Shown: positions 1 through 11,531, numbered from the stretch's first letter. The stretch: DNA of 64,000 bases from an uncultured delta proteobacterium (GCA_963771175.1 CAVYSY010000011.1:32001-96000); one strand, 5' to 3'. Notes: generated by a model from the sequence alone, not told the origin. Numbers and translations are program-made.

Positions 1-1005
1 CCGGCGCTCGGGCCGTGCCTCCCAGTGGCGCTGATGGAAGGCGTAGCCGACCACCAGCGGCATCGTCACCGTGGCCTCGCCGTAGACCATCTGCTCCGCG
101 GTGGTGGCCACCTTTCCCCAACTGCTCGCCTCGCGCAGCGTGGAGCCGGAGAGTGCCCCATCGCGCTCATCCGCCACGGTGAGCTGCACGGCGTACTTGT
201 GCATGGCCACCGGCTGGCCGACGAAATCGGCCGCCACCACCACGTCCTGGGCGAAGTTCTTCGGCACCCCGCCACCGACCATGAAGAGGCCCGAGTCCTG
301 GAGGGCGAGCTGGCAGCGCGTCAGCTCCAGGAAGTCCCGCGCGCTGTCGATGGACAACTGGGGCCTTCCCGCCGCGTCCACTGGTGATGGACGAGCCCGA
401 AGCCCGCCGAGCAGTCGCTGAAGGCCGGGCAGAAGATGGGGACGACCCGCCTCGTGCGCGGCGAGCACCACGCTGTCGCGCGTCTTGCCATGACGGGCGA
501 GGTAGCGCCCCATCTCGCCGATGAACTCCCGGGACGAGTAGGGGCGGGTCTCCAGCTCGCTGGCGAGCCGGGCGATGGTGGCATCGCACTCGCGCAGCTC
601 GTCCTCGTCGATGAAGGTGTCGTAGATGCGGTCGATGTGCAGCTCGCGCAGGGTGTTGTCGTCCGCGTGGGGGCTGCCCCGGTAATGGCGGAAGCCCAGG
701 GCCTCGAAGAAGTCCTGGTCCACGATGAGCGCCCCGGTGGACACGATGGCGTCCACCATCCGGTGGCGGATCATGTCCACGACCACCTGCTTGAGGCCCG
801 CGGAGAAGAGCGAGCCCGCCAGGCAGAGGATGATGCCGCAGTCCTTGTCCTCCAGCATGGCGTCGTAGAGGGTGGCCGCGCGGTGCAGGTTGCGAGCCTG
901 GAAGGCCATGTGGCCCATGGCCCGCACGAGGGGGCGGACGTCATGGGCCTTGATGTCGATGTGCTCGATGGTGTCTTGGAGTAGCTCGGTCTTGAGCGGG
1001 GTCAT
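1..1005 (-). CDS. Deoxyhypusine-synthase-like protein (homospermidine biosynthesis type), 3' end outside window; two apparent compensating frameshifts near 360-450
   Basis: Manual translation from ATG at 1005: MTPLKTELLQDTIEHID...LAGSLFSAGLK...AIVSTGALIVDQDFFEALG...HIDRIYD; later IFCPAFSDCSAG, GGGVPKNFAQD, DERDGALSGSTLREASSWGKV, all typical DHS-family motifs. Confidence 0.85.
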   Translation of the reverse strand, partial: MTPLKTELLQDTIEHIDIKAHDVRPLVRAMGHMAFQARNLHRAATLYDAMLEDKDCGIILCLAGSLFSAGLKQVVVDMIRHRMVDAIVSTGALIVDQDFFEALGFRHYRGSPHADDNTLRELHIDRIYDTFIDEDELRECDATIARLASELETRPYSSREFIGEMGRYLARHGKTRDSVVLAAHEAGRPHLLPGLQRLLGGLRARPSPVDAAGRPQLSIDSARDFLELTRCQLALQDSGLFMVGGGVPKNFAQDVVVAADFVGQPVAMHKYAVQLTVADERDGALSGSTLREASSWGKVATTAEQMVYGEATVTMPLVVGYAFHQRHWEARPERR

Positions 1006-1201
1006 GCTGTTTGCTTCCCATGCGACCGGTGGAACGTCCCGGGGGGCTTGGGCCGCGAACAAAAGCCACCCGGAGCGTCCTACGGCCCGGCAGGTGCGGG
1101 GCCGCCATTGGAACGCCGAGTGGCTGCAACGGCTCTCATCCTGACATGAAACGGGCGCATCGACAATCTGAAGTGAATCCCCGTCGAGCGCCCATCACCC
1201 C

Positions 1202-1357
1202 CTACTTGCCCGCTTTGGGGTCCTGGGTGTCCCTTGCATCTGGCTTCTTCTCATCCTTGAGCGTGCCCATGCTCGAGCTCCACCACTCCGGGCACCCAAT
1301 GATGAAGAGGCCACCAAACACCACCATGCCCACCACGGAAACGATGATCACTTCCAT
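1202..1357 (-). CDS. Small (51 aa) single-pass membrane protein
   Basis: GGAG RBS before ATG 1357; hydrophobic N-terminus MEVIIVSVVGMVVFGGLFIIG followed by a charged tail. Confidence 0.4.
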   Translation of the reverse strand: MEVIIVSVVGMVVFGGLFIIGCPEWWSSSMGTLKDEKKPDARDTQDPKAGK

Positions 1358-1483
1358 GTGATTCTCCACGCCGCCCTGACTCGAGGACGGCCGCATAAGG
1401 TTTCAACAACGGAAACGGATTGAACCCAGACGGCTGAAGGAGTGGTCGCTCGGCGTCACCGCCGGGCCAGCCCACCGGGGTGC

Positions 1484-1869
1484 TCATTCCTTCGCGACCT
1501 CAATCATTGTCATCATGCCGGCCTCGGCATGTTCGAGGATGTGGCAGTGCATCATCCAACTGCCGACGTCCGTGGGGACGAGCGCGATGTCCACCTCCTC
1601 GCGTCCGTGGACGAGGACGGTGTCGCGGAAGAACGGCTCCTCCACCGGGACTCCGTTGCGTGCGAGCAGCCGGAAGGCTCGGCCACGAGGTCGAAGGTGC
1701 GCACCGTGCCGTGGGGACGGGCCTCCAGCGGGTAGGCGCCCTCGAACTCGCGCAGTGCCCGCTCGACTTGCGGCGACTTCTTCCCGCCCGGCGTGCAGGA
1801 ACCCGCCGCCAGGGCGGCTCCGAGGAGCGCGAGCATCAGCGCCGCCCGCCTCATCAAGCGCCTGTTCAT
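1484..1869 (-). pseudogene. Internally deleted multicopper oxidase remnant
   Basis: Signal-peptide N-terminus ending ...TVRTFDLVAEP joins, out of frame near 1675, the MCO C-terminus FRLLARNG...RDTVLV...WMMHCHILEHAEAGMM; total only about 390 bp. Confidence 0.75.
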
Positions 1870-2200
1870 ACCGCCTCCGATGCAAGGGGCGGCTCTACGG
1901 GTGGGAGTGGAAGGGGCTCATCGGAGGATGGAAAGGGGTGGAGGAATGCGGCGGCCACGCGGGCTCGCGCGCACCGGGAAGGTGTCAACACGTGAGTCGA
2001 GCTCCAGAGCAGGAGGGAATGGCTGGCCGGAGCGGAGAAGCGCGCCCGGCCCCTCAGGGCTTTCGCGGGGCAGAGGGGCAGCGCGGCGGGAATGCTCCAG
2101 GCCGCTCCTCTCCCGTTCGGCACAGCGCTTCGGTTCTCAAGCCACCCCTCGCGCTACGGCGGAGGGAGAGCCAGAGACCCGGGGCGTGCACCGGGAGCGC

Positions 2201-2599
2201 TCAAATGAGGAGCGAGCGGATGCGGAGGAAGACAGGTGGCCCCTGGGCGTGGGGCGTGTCCCAGAGGGCGAGCGATACGTGGAGGCCCCCCTCGGGAGCC
2301 CGGCGGGTGAGCCACATCGGCGGCAGGGCCGGTGGGACCGCGAGCGGGGAGGTGTGGCTGGAGAAGCCCGCGAGGGCCGGCGCGGGTAGCTCCTGGCCTG
2401 GCGCGTCGCAGCAGTCCATCCGCAACGTCGTCTGGTCGTGCGCGGCCTGCTCCGCCTTCTTCTCTCCGTGCGGGCACTCGCAGGCGGTGCGCGTCTCGGC
2501 CTGCTTCGGACAGAAGTGCGCGAGGCCGCCCAGCCCGGTGGCCACGGCCTGCCAGCCGAGCAGAAGTGCGAGCGTGAAGATGCGGAGGGCCAGCGACAC
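2201..2599 (-). CDS. Cys/His-rich exported small protein, DUF2946/CutF-like leader candidate
   Basis: GTG start at 2599 after GGGGAGGG; signal-like N-terminus, HFC..CECPH..DCC, Pro-rich C-terminus ending HAQGPPVFLRIRSLLI. Confidence 0.65.
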   Translation of the reverse strand: MSLALRIFTLALLLGWQAVATGLGGLAHFCPKQAETRTACECPHGEKKAEQAAHDQTTLRMDCCDAPGQELPAPALAGFSSHTSPLAVPPALPPMWLTRRAPEGGLHVSLALWDTPHAQGPPVFLRIRSLLI

Positions 2600-2682
2600 G
2601 GTGCCCTCCCCTATACGTCGGTCGAATATCCGCCGCAACCCGAGGGCTATCGCGCGGTGGTGTTGGGAGCGGGCCCGCGTGC

Positions 2683-4776
2683 TCAGCTCGCGGCCTTGGT
2701 GGGCGCCACGAGGTGCTCGCCGTGTGCGTGCTGCCGGGTGTGGTGCGAGGAGATGAACCTGCGCACCAGTGCTCGGGTCAGCAGCCCGCAGGTCTGGCTC
2801 CCCGGCGCGCCCGTGACGGGCAGGGCGTCCACGTCCTCCTGGTCCATCAGGTGGAGCGCGTGGGCCAGGTCCGTCTCCGGGGTGAGCAGGGGCACCTTGC
2901 GCGCCAGATCGCTGGCCACGAGCATGGGGTGCAGGTTCTCGTCGCGCCAGATCTCCCGGAACTGGTCCACCTGGACGATGCCGTACAGCTTGCCGTCCCC
3001 ATCCAGCACGGGCAGGGCGCCGCTCTCGGTGGTGAGCACCTGGTCCATGAGGGGGCGCATGTGCATGTCGGCGGGCACGGGGGCCAGCTCGCGCATCAGC
3101 GCGCGCACGGGGGTGGTGGCCAGCAGCTCCGCGTCCGTCTGCTCCTTGGGGGCCTTGCGCTCGGTGAGGTAGTGGCAGAGCGCGGAGGCGATGGTGCACG
3201 TCACCATGAGCGGCAGGATGATGGCGTCGTTCCCGCTCAGCTCGTAGAGCATCATCATCCCCGTGAGCGGCCCGCGGGTGAGCGCGGCCATGGCGCCGCC
3301 CATGCCGACAATCGCGTAGGCGCCGCTGGGCCCGGTGCTGTGGGGGAAGAAGTAGTGCACCAGGGTGCCGAAGGCGCCGCCAGCCATGGCGCCGATCACC
3401 GCAGAGGGGAAGAACGTGCCGCCCGAGCCGCCCGAGCCCAGGGTAATGGAGGTGGCCACCAGCTTCATCACGCACGCGGTGAGGAGGAAGACGAAGCTGA
3501 GCTGCCCGATGGCGGCGAGGTTGATGTAGTCGTGCCCGCTGCCCCACACGGTGGGGCTCACCAGGCCGAGCAGCCCCGCGCACAGCCCGCCCAGCCCCGC
3601 GCGCGTCGTCCGCGAGAGCCGGCCGAGCCGCGCCGACAGCCTTCCCTCGAACTGCCCGCCGAAGAAGCCCTCCGTGTGGTGCATCATCCGCACGAAGGCG
3701 TACGCGAGCAGGCCGCAGATCAGCCCCAGCCCCGCGTAGAAGATGACCTCCCAGCCGCCCCCCAGCCGGTAGTCGAGCCGGTTGAGCATCGGCGCCGCGC
3801 CCATGGTGCCGCGGCTCACCAGCGTCCCCGCCACGCTGGCGAGGATGATGGGCGAGAAGACGCGCAGCTCGAACTCCCGGAGGATGATCTCCATCGCGAA
3901 GATGGCGCCGGCGATGGGGGTATTGAAGGAGGCGGAGATGCCGGCACCAGCGCCGCAGGCCAGCAGGATGGCCAGCTCGCGGCGGGAGAAACCCAGGGTG
4001 CGGCCCACGGTGGAGGCGAAGGCGGCGCCTCCGTAGACGATGGGGCCCTCGCGCCCCGCCGAGCCGCCGGTCCCCATGGTGATGGCGCTGGCCACCAGCT
4101 TGAGCAGGCCGCGCTCCGCGGGCAGCTCCTCGTTCCTCTTCACCGCGCGCACCACCTCGGGGAGGCCGTGGCCACGGATATCCGGGTGGTCGCGCAGCAG
4201 CCGACCCACCACCAGGCCACCCAACGTCGGGGCCAGCAGGAAGAGCCACCACGGCAGGTGCGGGAGGATCTCCGTCATGTGGTGGGCGTTACCGAAGACG
4301 CGGTTGATCGCGGTGAGCGCCACCAGGGGGTAGTAGAGGGCGAGCGCGCCCAGCACGAGCAGGGACAGCAGTCTCAGCCGGCGCTTCACCTCGTCTCGGG
4401 GGCCGCCGGGCTCGATGACTCGCGCCAGCAGCAGGGCGCCGGAGGCCAGGGGGATGCCGATGATGGCGTACTCGACATGCCAGGACGCGCTGGTCAGCGC
4501 TTCCCATGAGGACACGAGGGTGCGCGAGCCGGGGCGGCGCAGGGCCTCGCCGAGCCACGCCAGGCTGAAGGCGAAGCCCCTCATCAGTCCGATGAGGTTG
4601 GCGAAGATGCCCGCGGCCAGGCCGCTGTAGAGGCCCACCACCGCGCCCGCCACTGGTAGCACCGAGGGCCCGGGAAGTCGGAGCCGATTGGAGGCCTGCA
4701 GGAGGGTGTGGATGATGCGCGGGAGCACCTCGCGCAGGACGACACGGGAGGAGGGGGGCGGAGGCTCGTCCTTCAT
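2683..4776 (-). CDS. ClC-family chloride channel/antiporter with C-terminal CBS pair
   Basis: GHGLPEV, GGSAGREGP, FNTPIAG, GGTFFP motifs; CBS-like ALPVLDGDGKLYGIV. Confidence 0.92.
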   Translation of the reverse strand: MKDEPPPPSSRVVLREVLPRIIHTLLQASNRLRLPGPSVLPVAGAVVGLYSGLAAGIFANLIGLMRGFAFSLAWLGEALRRPGSRTLVSSWEALTSASWHVEYAIIGIPLASGALLLARVIEPGGPRDEVKRRLRLLSLLVLGALALYYPLVALTAINRVFGNAHHMTEILPHLPWWLFLLAPTLGGLVVGRLLRDHPDIRGHGLPEVVRAVKRNEELPAERGLLKLVASAITMGTGGSAGREGPIVYGGAAFASTVGRTLGFSRRELAILLACGAGAGISASFNTPIAGAIFAMEIILREFELRVFSPIILASVAGTLVSRGTMGAAPMLNRLDYRLGGGWEVIFYAGLGLICGLLAYAFVRMMHHTEGFFGGQFEGRLSARLGRLSRTTRAGLGGLCAGLLGLVSPTVWGSGHDYINLAAIGQLSFVFLLTACVMKLVATSITLGSGGSGGTFFPSAVIGAMAGGAFGTLVHYFFPHSTGPSGAYAIVGMGGAMAALTRGPLTGMMMLYELSGNDAIILPLMVTCTIASALCHYLTERKAPKEQTDAELLATTPVRALMRELAPVPADMHMRPLMDQVLTTESGALPVLDGDGKLYGIVQVDQFREIWRDENLHPMLVASDLARKVPLLTPETDLAHALHLMDQEDVDALPVTGAPGSQTCGLLTRALVRRFISSHHTRQHAHGEHLVAPTKAAS

Positions 4777-4849
4777 TTGGTGCCCCTACTAAACGCTCCT
4801 TGGGGACGGTTTCAAGCGGTACCCCGAAAGCCCTCCGATTCCCTCCAGC

Positions 4850-5626
4850 TCAGGGGGCGTGGATGCGCGTGGGCAGGCGAGCGCGCACCAGGAGGGCCAG
4901 CACCCCGAGCAGCAGCCACGGCGCCACGTGCGAGGCCGCCAGGTGGGGCACGCTCCCGTCCGGGCAGTGCAGGTTCAGCAGGAAGAGGCCCACCGCGCCC
5001 GCGGAGAGCCCCGCGGCCGTCGCCCTCGCCGGGTGGTACGCCGAGCGCCGCAGCAGCACCAGTGCCGCCAGCAGCGGCAGCGCCGACAGCATCATTTGCG
5101 CCCGCATGCACCCGAGGGCCCCCGCCAGGAAGCTCTTCACCGCCAGCCCCGAGCCGCCCAGCACCACCGCCAACGCCACCACCGCCGCGCTCGTGCCCAC
5201 CAGCCCCCAGGCCGCCTGTCGCATCGGCGCCAGCGCCACCACCGCGCCGCCCACCATCGCCGCCAGCATCAGCCCCGCCAGTCCCGCCACCACCAGGGGC
5301 GGCGCCGAGTTCGGCAGCCCCATTCGCGAGAGGCCCAGGGCGCCCAGCACCGTCACCAGCGCGTACACCCCCACCAGCAGCAGCACCTCGCGCCACCAGG
5401 GCGTCGCCTTCGGGTGGGCCTCCAGCTCCCGCAGCGCCTGGGCGCGCACCGACGCCAGCGCCGGAGCCGCCCTCGCCGGGGCCTTCGCGGGGGCCGGAGC
5501 GCCCTCGAGCGCACCGAAACCCTCCAGCAGTGCGCGACAGTCGGCGCACGAGGCCACATGCGCGGCCAGCTCCGGCGGGAGCGGCTGGCCGAGGCCGTCC
5601 ATCACTCGGTCGCACTCGGGGCTCAT
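4850..5626 (-). CDS. Anti-sigma factor, NrsF/DUF1109-like with N-terminal HxxxCxxC motif
   Basis: Overlaps sigma stop (ATGA); HVASCADC; multiple TM helices; LHCPDGSVPHLAASH. Confidence 0.8.
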   Translation of the reverse strand: MSPECDRVMDGLGQPLPPELAAHVASCADCRALLEGFGALEGAPAPAKAPARAAPALASVRAQALRELEAHPKATPWWREVLLLVGVYALVTVLGALGLSRMGLPNSAPPLVVAGLAGLMLAAMVGGAVVALAPMRQAAWGLVGTSAAVVALAVVLGGSGLAVKSFLAGALGCMRAQMMLSALPLLAALVLLRRSAYHPARATAAGLSAGAVGLFLLNLHCPDGSVPHLAASHVAPWLLLGVLALLVRARLPTRIHAP

Positions 5627-6243
5627 CCGCTCGTCTCCTCCCTCAGGGCGGCCAGCAGCTCGCGCAGCCGCGCGTAGCCCCGGTGGGCCCGGACCTTCAC
5701 CGCCGACTCCGTCAGCCCCATCGACTCGGCTATCTCCGCGAAGCTCATTCCCTCGAAGCGGTGCAGGACGATGGGGATGCGCTGTCCCTCGGGCAGCTCG
5801 GCCAGGGCCCGCTGCACCGCGCGTTCGAGCCCGGCGTCCCTCTGGGCCGGCTCCTCCGCGGGCATGCTGGCCGGCAGCTCGCCTTTTTCCGTGAGGTCCT
5901 CGGGGCGCTTGCGCCGCTGCCAGTCCCGCGCCGCGTTGGTGGCGATGGCGTACAGCCACGGCTTCACCCGCGAGCCCTCCTGGAAGCGCCCGCGCGCCCG
6001 CACCAGGGAGAGGAACGTCTGCTGGGCCAGGTCCTCCGCCGCCGCCGGGCTGCCCGTCAGCCGGCTCAGGTAGCCGTGCATGGGCGCCGCATAGCGCTGG
6101 AAGAGGGCCTCGAAGGCCCGAGCGTCGCCCTGGCAGAACCGCGTCATCAGTACCTCGTCCGAGTCACCGGCGGCCACGGAGGGTGCCGGCTCATCAGCGG
6201 TACGCGCGGGGGCGACGTCGGGTTTCAGCGAAGGGGGCGACAC
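5623..6243 (-). CDS. ECF RNA polymerase sigma factor
   Basis: AEDLAQQTFL, KPWLYAIATN (region 2); GMSFAEIAESMGLTESAVKVRAHRG (region 4). Confidence 0.93.
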   Translation of the reverse strand: MSPPSLKPDVAPARTADEPAPSVAAGDSDEVLMTRFCQGDARAFEALFQRYAAPMHGYLSRLTGSPAAAEDLAQQTFLSLVRARGRFQEGSRVKPWLYAIATNAARDWQRRKRPEDLTEKGELPASMPAEEPAQRDAGLERAVQRALAELPEGQRIPIVLHRFEGMSFAEIAESMGLTESAVKVRAHRGYARLRELLAALREETSG

Positions 6244-6306
6244 GGTTCGTCTGGGAGGGGCACTCTATCCCAGATTCGGAGGTTTCCGGTCGCCCTCCGA
6301 CTCACT

Positions 6307-7402
<1,096 letters not shown>

Positions 7403-7422
7403 CCCCTCATGTCATGGCAATG

Positions 7423-8862
7423 TCAGGCGGAAGCAGATTTCTGGAGCTCCGCCAGCCACTGCTCGAAGTCCGGGTGACCGTGCAGGGAGGCGAGGTCCTC
7501 GTCGGATGCCGCGTACTGGGCATCCCGGAAGCCCAGCTCCGTGGCGCGCCGCAGCAGGCGCGCCGCGTCATCCTTGTGGCGCGCCCGGGCATGAGCGCAC
7601 GCGGCGTCGTAGGCGAGGCGCGCGGACGGTGCGTGGGCCAGTCCCGCCTCGGCGATCGCCGCCGCCTCCGAGTAGGCCCCCCGGATGAAGAGGGTCCGCT
7701 GCGCACAGATGAAGGCCGCCTCCGGGTCCACCCCGGACAGTCGCAGCGCGGTCTGGACCTGCTCCGCGCGGATGAGCGAGCCGGCGTACTCGTGCAGCAC
7801 GGTCCGGTCCCGCGTCTCCTGCCACGCCAGCTCCCAGAGGGTGACCGCCCGATGCTCGTCTCCGACGAGGGAGAAGGCCGCCGCCAGCGCATGCGTCTCC
7901 ACCGGCCGGCGCTGCACCTGGGAGAAGTGGTCCAGCGCCAGGCGCCCCTGGCCGTTCTTGAGGGCCACCCAGCCCAGCAGGTGGTGGGCCCGCGAGGCGA
8001 GGTCCGGCGTGCTCTCCTCCGAGGCCAGCACGGCCTGGCCCCGCTGGCGGGCCTCGTCCAGACGGCCCTCGGCCAGCGCCACCTGGGCCTGTTGCATCTC
8101 CCGCAGCAGCGGCTCCGGGGCCACGCCCGAGGACACCTTCAGCTCTCCGCGCTGGGCGGCCATCAGCAGCCGCAGCGCCTGCGCCCCGTACAGGCCGAAG
8201 AAGATGCCGAGGATGGGCGCCTTGAAGCTCACCGCGAAGGCCACCGCGGCGAGGCACACCACCAGGGCCAGCGCCTGGGCCGCCACGAAGCCCATCTGTC
8301 CGAAGAGACGGGTGGCCACCGTGCTCACGATGTGGCCCCCATCCAACGGCGGGACGGGGAGCAGGTTGAAGATCGTCCAGCCGAGGTTGGCCCAGAAGAA
8401 CCAGGAGAGGATCGCGTTCAGCTCCTCGAAGTGCGGGCGCACGAAGGCGCGGAGGGCGAGTGCCGCCACGCCCAGCAGCAGCCCGGCGAGGGGCCCCGCG
8501 GCAGTCACCACCACCATCTTGTGCCAGGGGATGGGGTCGGGGGCGTTCGGTCGGGTGTGTCCCCCCATCCAGACCAGGGCGATGCTCGGCCGGTAGCCGA
8601 ACATCCGGCCGGCCAGCGCATGGCCCAGCTCGTGGACGAGCGCCGACAGGAAGACGATGAACATCCATGAGAGGACGAAGATCAGCGCCGTCTGGCCGTA
8701 CAGCGGGTCCGCCCGGTCGAGGAGGTGGCGGTTGGGCCAGACATCCGGGTCCAATCCCGCGGTGCCCGGGCCCGGCATGAAGGCGTAGGCCAGCAGCGCG
8801 GAGAAGAGCAGGTGCGTGGGGTGGATCTGGACGGGGATGCTCCCGAGCCGAAAGCGCAGCAT
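7423..8862 (-). CDS. Site-2 protease (M50) with C-terminal TPR-like region
   Basis: HELGH and FNLLPVPPLDGG motifs, AAGP; TPR-like helices; start MLRFRLGSIP at 8862. Confidence 0.9.
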   Translation of the reverse strand: MLRFRLGSIPVQIHPTHLLFSALLAYAFMPGPGTAGLDPDVWPNRHLLDRADPLYGQTALIFVLSWMFIVFLSALVHELGHALAGRMFGYRPSIALVWMGGHTRPNAPDPIPWHKMVVVTAAGPLAGLLLGVAALALRAFVRPHFEELNAILSWFFWANLGWTIFNLLPVPPLDGGHIVSTVATRLFGQMGFVAAQALALVVCLAAVAFAVSFKAPILGIFFGLYGAQALRLLMAAQRGELKVSSGVAPEPLLREMQQAQVALAEGRLDEARQRGQAVLASEESTPDLASRAHHLLGWVALKNGQGRLALDHFSQVQRRPVETHALAAAFSLVGDEHRAVTLWELAWQETRDRTVLHEYAGSLIRAEQVQTALRLSGVDPEAAFICAQRTLFIRGAYSEAAAIAEAGLAHAPSARLAYDAACAHARARHKDDAARLLRRATELGFRDAQYAASDEDLASLHGHPDFEQWLAELQKSASA

Positions 8863-8952
8863 GGCCCCGACCTTAACCAATGGAGGGCGAGCGCGCAGGC
8901 CGACGACTGGACCCTGAATGAATTCCGTCAATCCGCTAGGTTCCTCCGGCTC

Positions 8953-9970
8953 ATGCTTCGCATCGGTCCCCACACGCTGCCCAACCCCTTCATCCTCGCT
9001 CCCATGGCGGGGGTGAGCGAGAAGCCCTTCCGCGTCATCGCCTTCCGGATGGGGGCGGCCCTCTGCCCCACCGAGCTGGTGAGCGCCCAGGGCCTCATGC
9101 GCGTCAACCAGCGCACCCTCAAGTACCTCCGCTTCGATCCCGAGGTGGAGCGGCCCTACAGCCTGCAGATTTTCGGCGGCGAGCCGGAGTCCATGGCCCG
9201 CGCCGCGGTCGTCGGCAAGGAGTACGGGGCGCAAATCATCGACATCAACATGGGCTGCCCGGTGAAGAAGGTGACCCGGAACGGCGCCGGTAGCGCCCTG
9301 TTGTGCGAGCCGGACGCGGGGCGCCGCCCTCGTGCGGGAGATCCACGCGGCCACCGGCCTGCCCGTCACCTGCAAAATCCGCTCGGGCTGGGACGACAAG
9401 AGCCTCAACTACCTCCAGGTGGCCGGGCAGCTCTTCGAGGCCGGCTGCGCGGCGCTCGCCATCCACCCGCGCACCCGGGAGCAGGGCTACTCGGGGCAGG
9501 CGGACTGGAGCGTCATCGCCGACCTCAAGCGCCACTTCCCGGACAGGCCCATCATCGGCAACGGCGACGTGAAGACGCCCGCGGACGCGCGCCGGATGCT
9601 GGAGACGCACCGGCTGCGACTACGTGATGATTGGCCGCGGGCGCACTGGGCAACCCGTGGATCTTCCGCGAGCTGCTCGGGGGCGAGCCGGCCACCCCGG
9701 AGGAGCGCCGCGAGCTGGTGCTGGAGCACCTCGCCGCGCACATCGACTTCGTGGGCGATGAGCTCGGGGCGGTGCGCTCCTTCCGCAAGCACCTGGCCTG
9801 GTACGCGCACGGCCTGCGCGGCGCCGCCGCCTTCCGCTCCGAGGTCAACCAGCTCGACTCGCCCGAGGCAGGTGCGGGACGCGGTGCGGCGCTTCTTCGG
9901 CTCCGCGCACGCCGACCCCAACGCCCCGGACGAGGAGCAGGACGTGGACTACCGCGCCGCGCTCGGCTGA
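8953..9970 (+). CDS. dusB: tRNA-dihydrouridine synthase B (several frameshifts)
   Basis: LAPMAGVS, IDINMGCPVKKV, KIRSGWD, IHPRTREQGYSG, IGNGDV, LGNPWIF, FRKHLAWY spread over three frames. Confidence 0.9.
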
Positions 9971-11275
9971 GCCGCGACCCCGAGGACGGCCTCCGGCGGG
10001 ACGAGTCGCCGGGTGGTGGCGACCTCCTGGAAGTAGCGGCAGGCCGGGGTGGGGCGGCGCTCCAGCGTCTCGAAGTCCACGTGGTAGAGGCCGAAGCGCG
10101 GCCCCCAGGCCTCCAGCCACTCGAAGTTGTCCAGCAGGCTCCAATAGAGGTAGCCGCGCACGTCCAGGCCCCGGGCGCGCGCGGCCAGCACCTCGCGCAG
10201 GTGGGTGTGGACGTAGTGCGGCCGGCGCTCCCCGCTCCGGTCGTCGATGCCGTTCTCCGTCACCCACACCGGCAGCCCGTAGCGCTGGAGCTCGCCCAGA
10301 ACCTGCCCGAAGCCCTCGGGGTACTCCTCCCAGCCGATGTCGGTGAGGCCCCGGCCGTGGATGTCCCGGAACTTGAAGTCGATGAAGGGGGGGCGGGGCA
10401 TGAAGCGCAGGTGGGCGCGGGTGTAGTAGTTCATCCCGATGAACTCGCACGAGCCGCGCGCGCCGGGGATGTCCACCCGGGTGGAGCCGATGCCGGGCAT
10501 GTTCACCCGGAGCTGTCCGGACACCAGCGCCTCGTGGAAGGCGTGGTTGTAGGCCTGGGCCCCCAGTCGGACGAGCGCGCGGTCGAGCGGGTGCCACCAC
10601 CGGTCCGGCGCGAAGGCCAGCATGTTCTGCGAGATGCCCAGCTCCACCCGGCCGAGCACGGCCTGGCAGCTCCTCGCGCGCGGCCACGTGGGCGCGCACC
10701 ATGTTCTCCAGCGCGGCCATCGTCTTCGCCGCATCCGCGATGCCGGGAGGCATGAGGCCCTGCAGGTAGCCGCCGAGCAGCAGCACCATGGGCTCGTTGA
10801 GGGTGATGACGAGTGCATCCAACCCCTTGAGAAGAGGGGCGCAGGCGCGCGCGTAGGCGCGGAAGGCCTCCACGCTCTCGGGCTGGTGCCAGGGCGTCTC
10901 GCGGTGGAACCAGGTGGGGTGGGTGAAGTGGTGGAGCGTCACCACCGGGCGCAGGCCGCGCGCCTTCATCCGCAGCAGCCGCTCGCGGTAGGCCTCGAGC
11001 GCCGCGCCGTCCGTGCGCCCGCGCTCCGGCTCGATGCGCGCCCACTCCAGCGAGATGCGGAAGGCGGTGGCCCCCACGTCGAGGGCGAGGCCGTAGTCCT
11101 CCTCGTAGCGGTGCCAGTGGTCCACCGCGCGGCCGCTGCGGGCGTGCGGCTCCTTCAACTTCCCGGCGCGCTCCCACTCGGCCCAGTCGTTCTCGATGCC
11201 GCCCTCCACCTGGTACGCGGAGGTGGCCACTCCGAAGGTGAACTCGGAGGGGAAGGTCATGTCGTGAGCACTCAT
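9949..11275 (-). CDS. Glycoside hydrolase family 1 (beta-glucosidase-like); frameshift near 10670
   Basis: FGVATSAYQVEGG, TLNEP, VTENG, WSLLDNFEWLE, RFGLYHVDF. Confidence 0.92.
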
Positions 11276-11531
11276 GCGGGCGAGCACCGTAGACGCGGCG
11301 CGGGCGCGCGCAAAGCGCGGTGGGTCCGAGTGTTGGTGCGGCGTCGAGTGCGCGCGAGGCGACATTGATGGGGCCCTCGGGGACGTGAAACGCGGCGGAG
11401 GCCGGAAAATCGGGCCCCGGCGCGTTCGTCTCTCGGGCCGAGAAGGTGCCGCGAGGGGGCCGGAAGGGGCCAGCGAACGCGCGCGATGCCGAAAAATCGG
11501 CGCGCCACGCGTTGCACTACATCACGATGCG

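Noticed and set aside
2201..4252. 683-aa ORF and other long Arg/Pro/Ala-rich ORFs (e.g. 4708..6921, 29394..31427, 33082..35112)
   Set aside because: Shadow frames of real high-GC genes; only the last 132 codons of this ORF look coding.
2683..4776. Fluoride-specific CLC-F exporter
   Set aside because: Has GHGLP and GREGP rather than the GNNLI/GREGT-type signatures; no fluoride riboswitch recognised.
8953..9970. Programmed frameshifting or pseudogenisation of dusB, pyk and rpe
   Set aside because: No slippery sites evident and indels are spread across the window; sequencing error is more likely.
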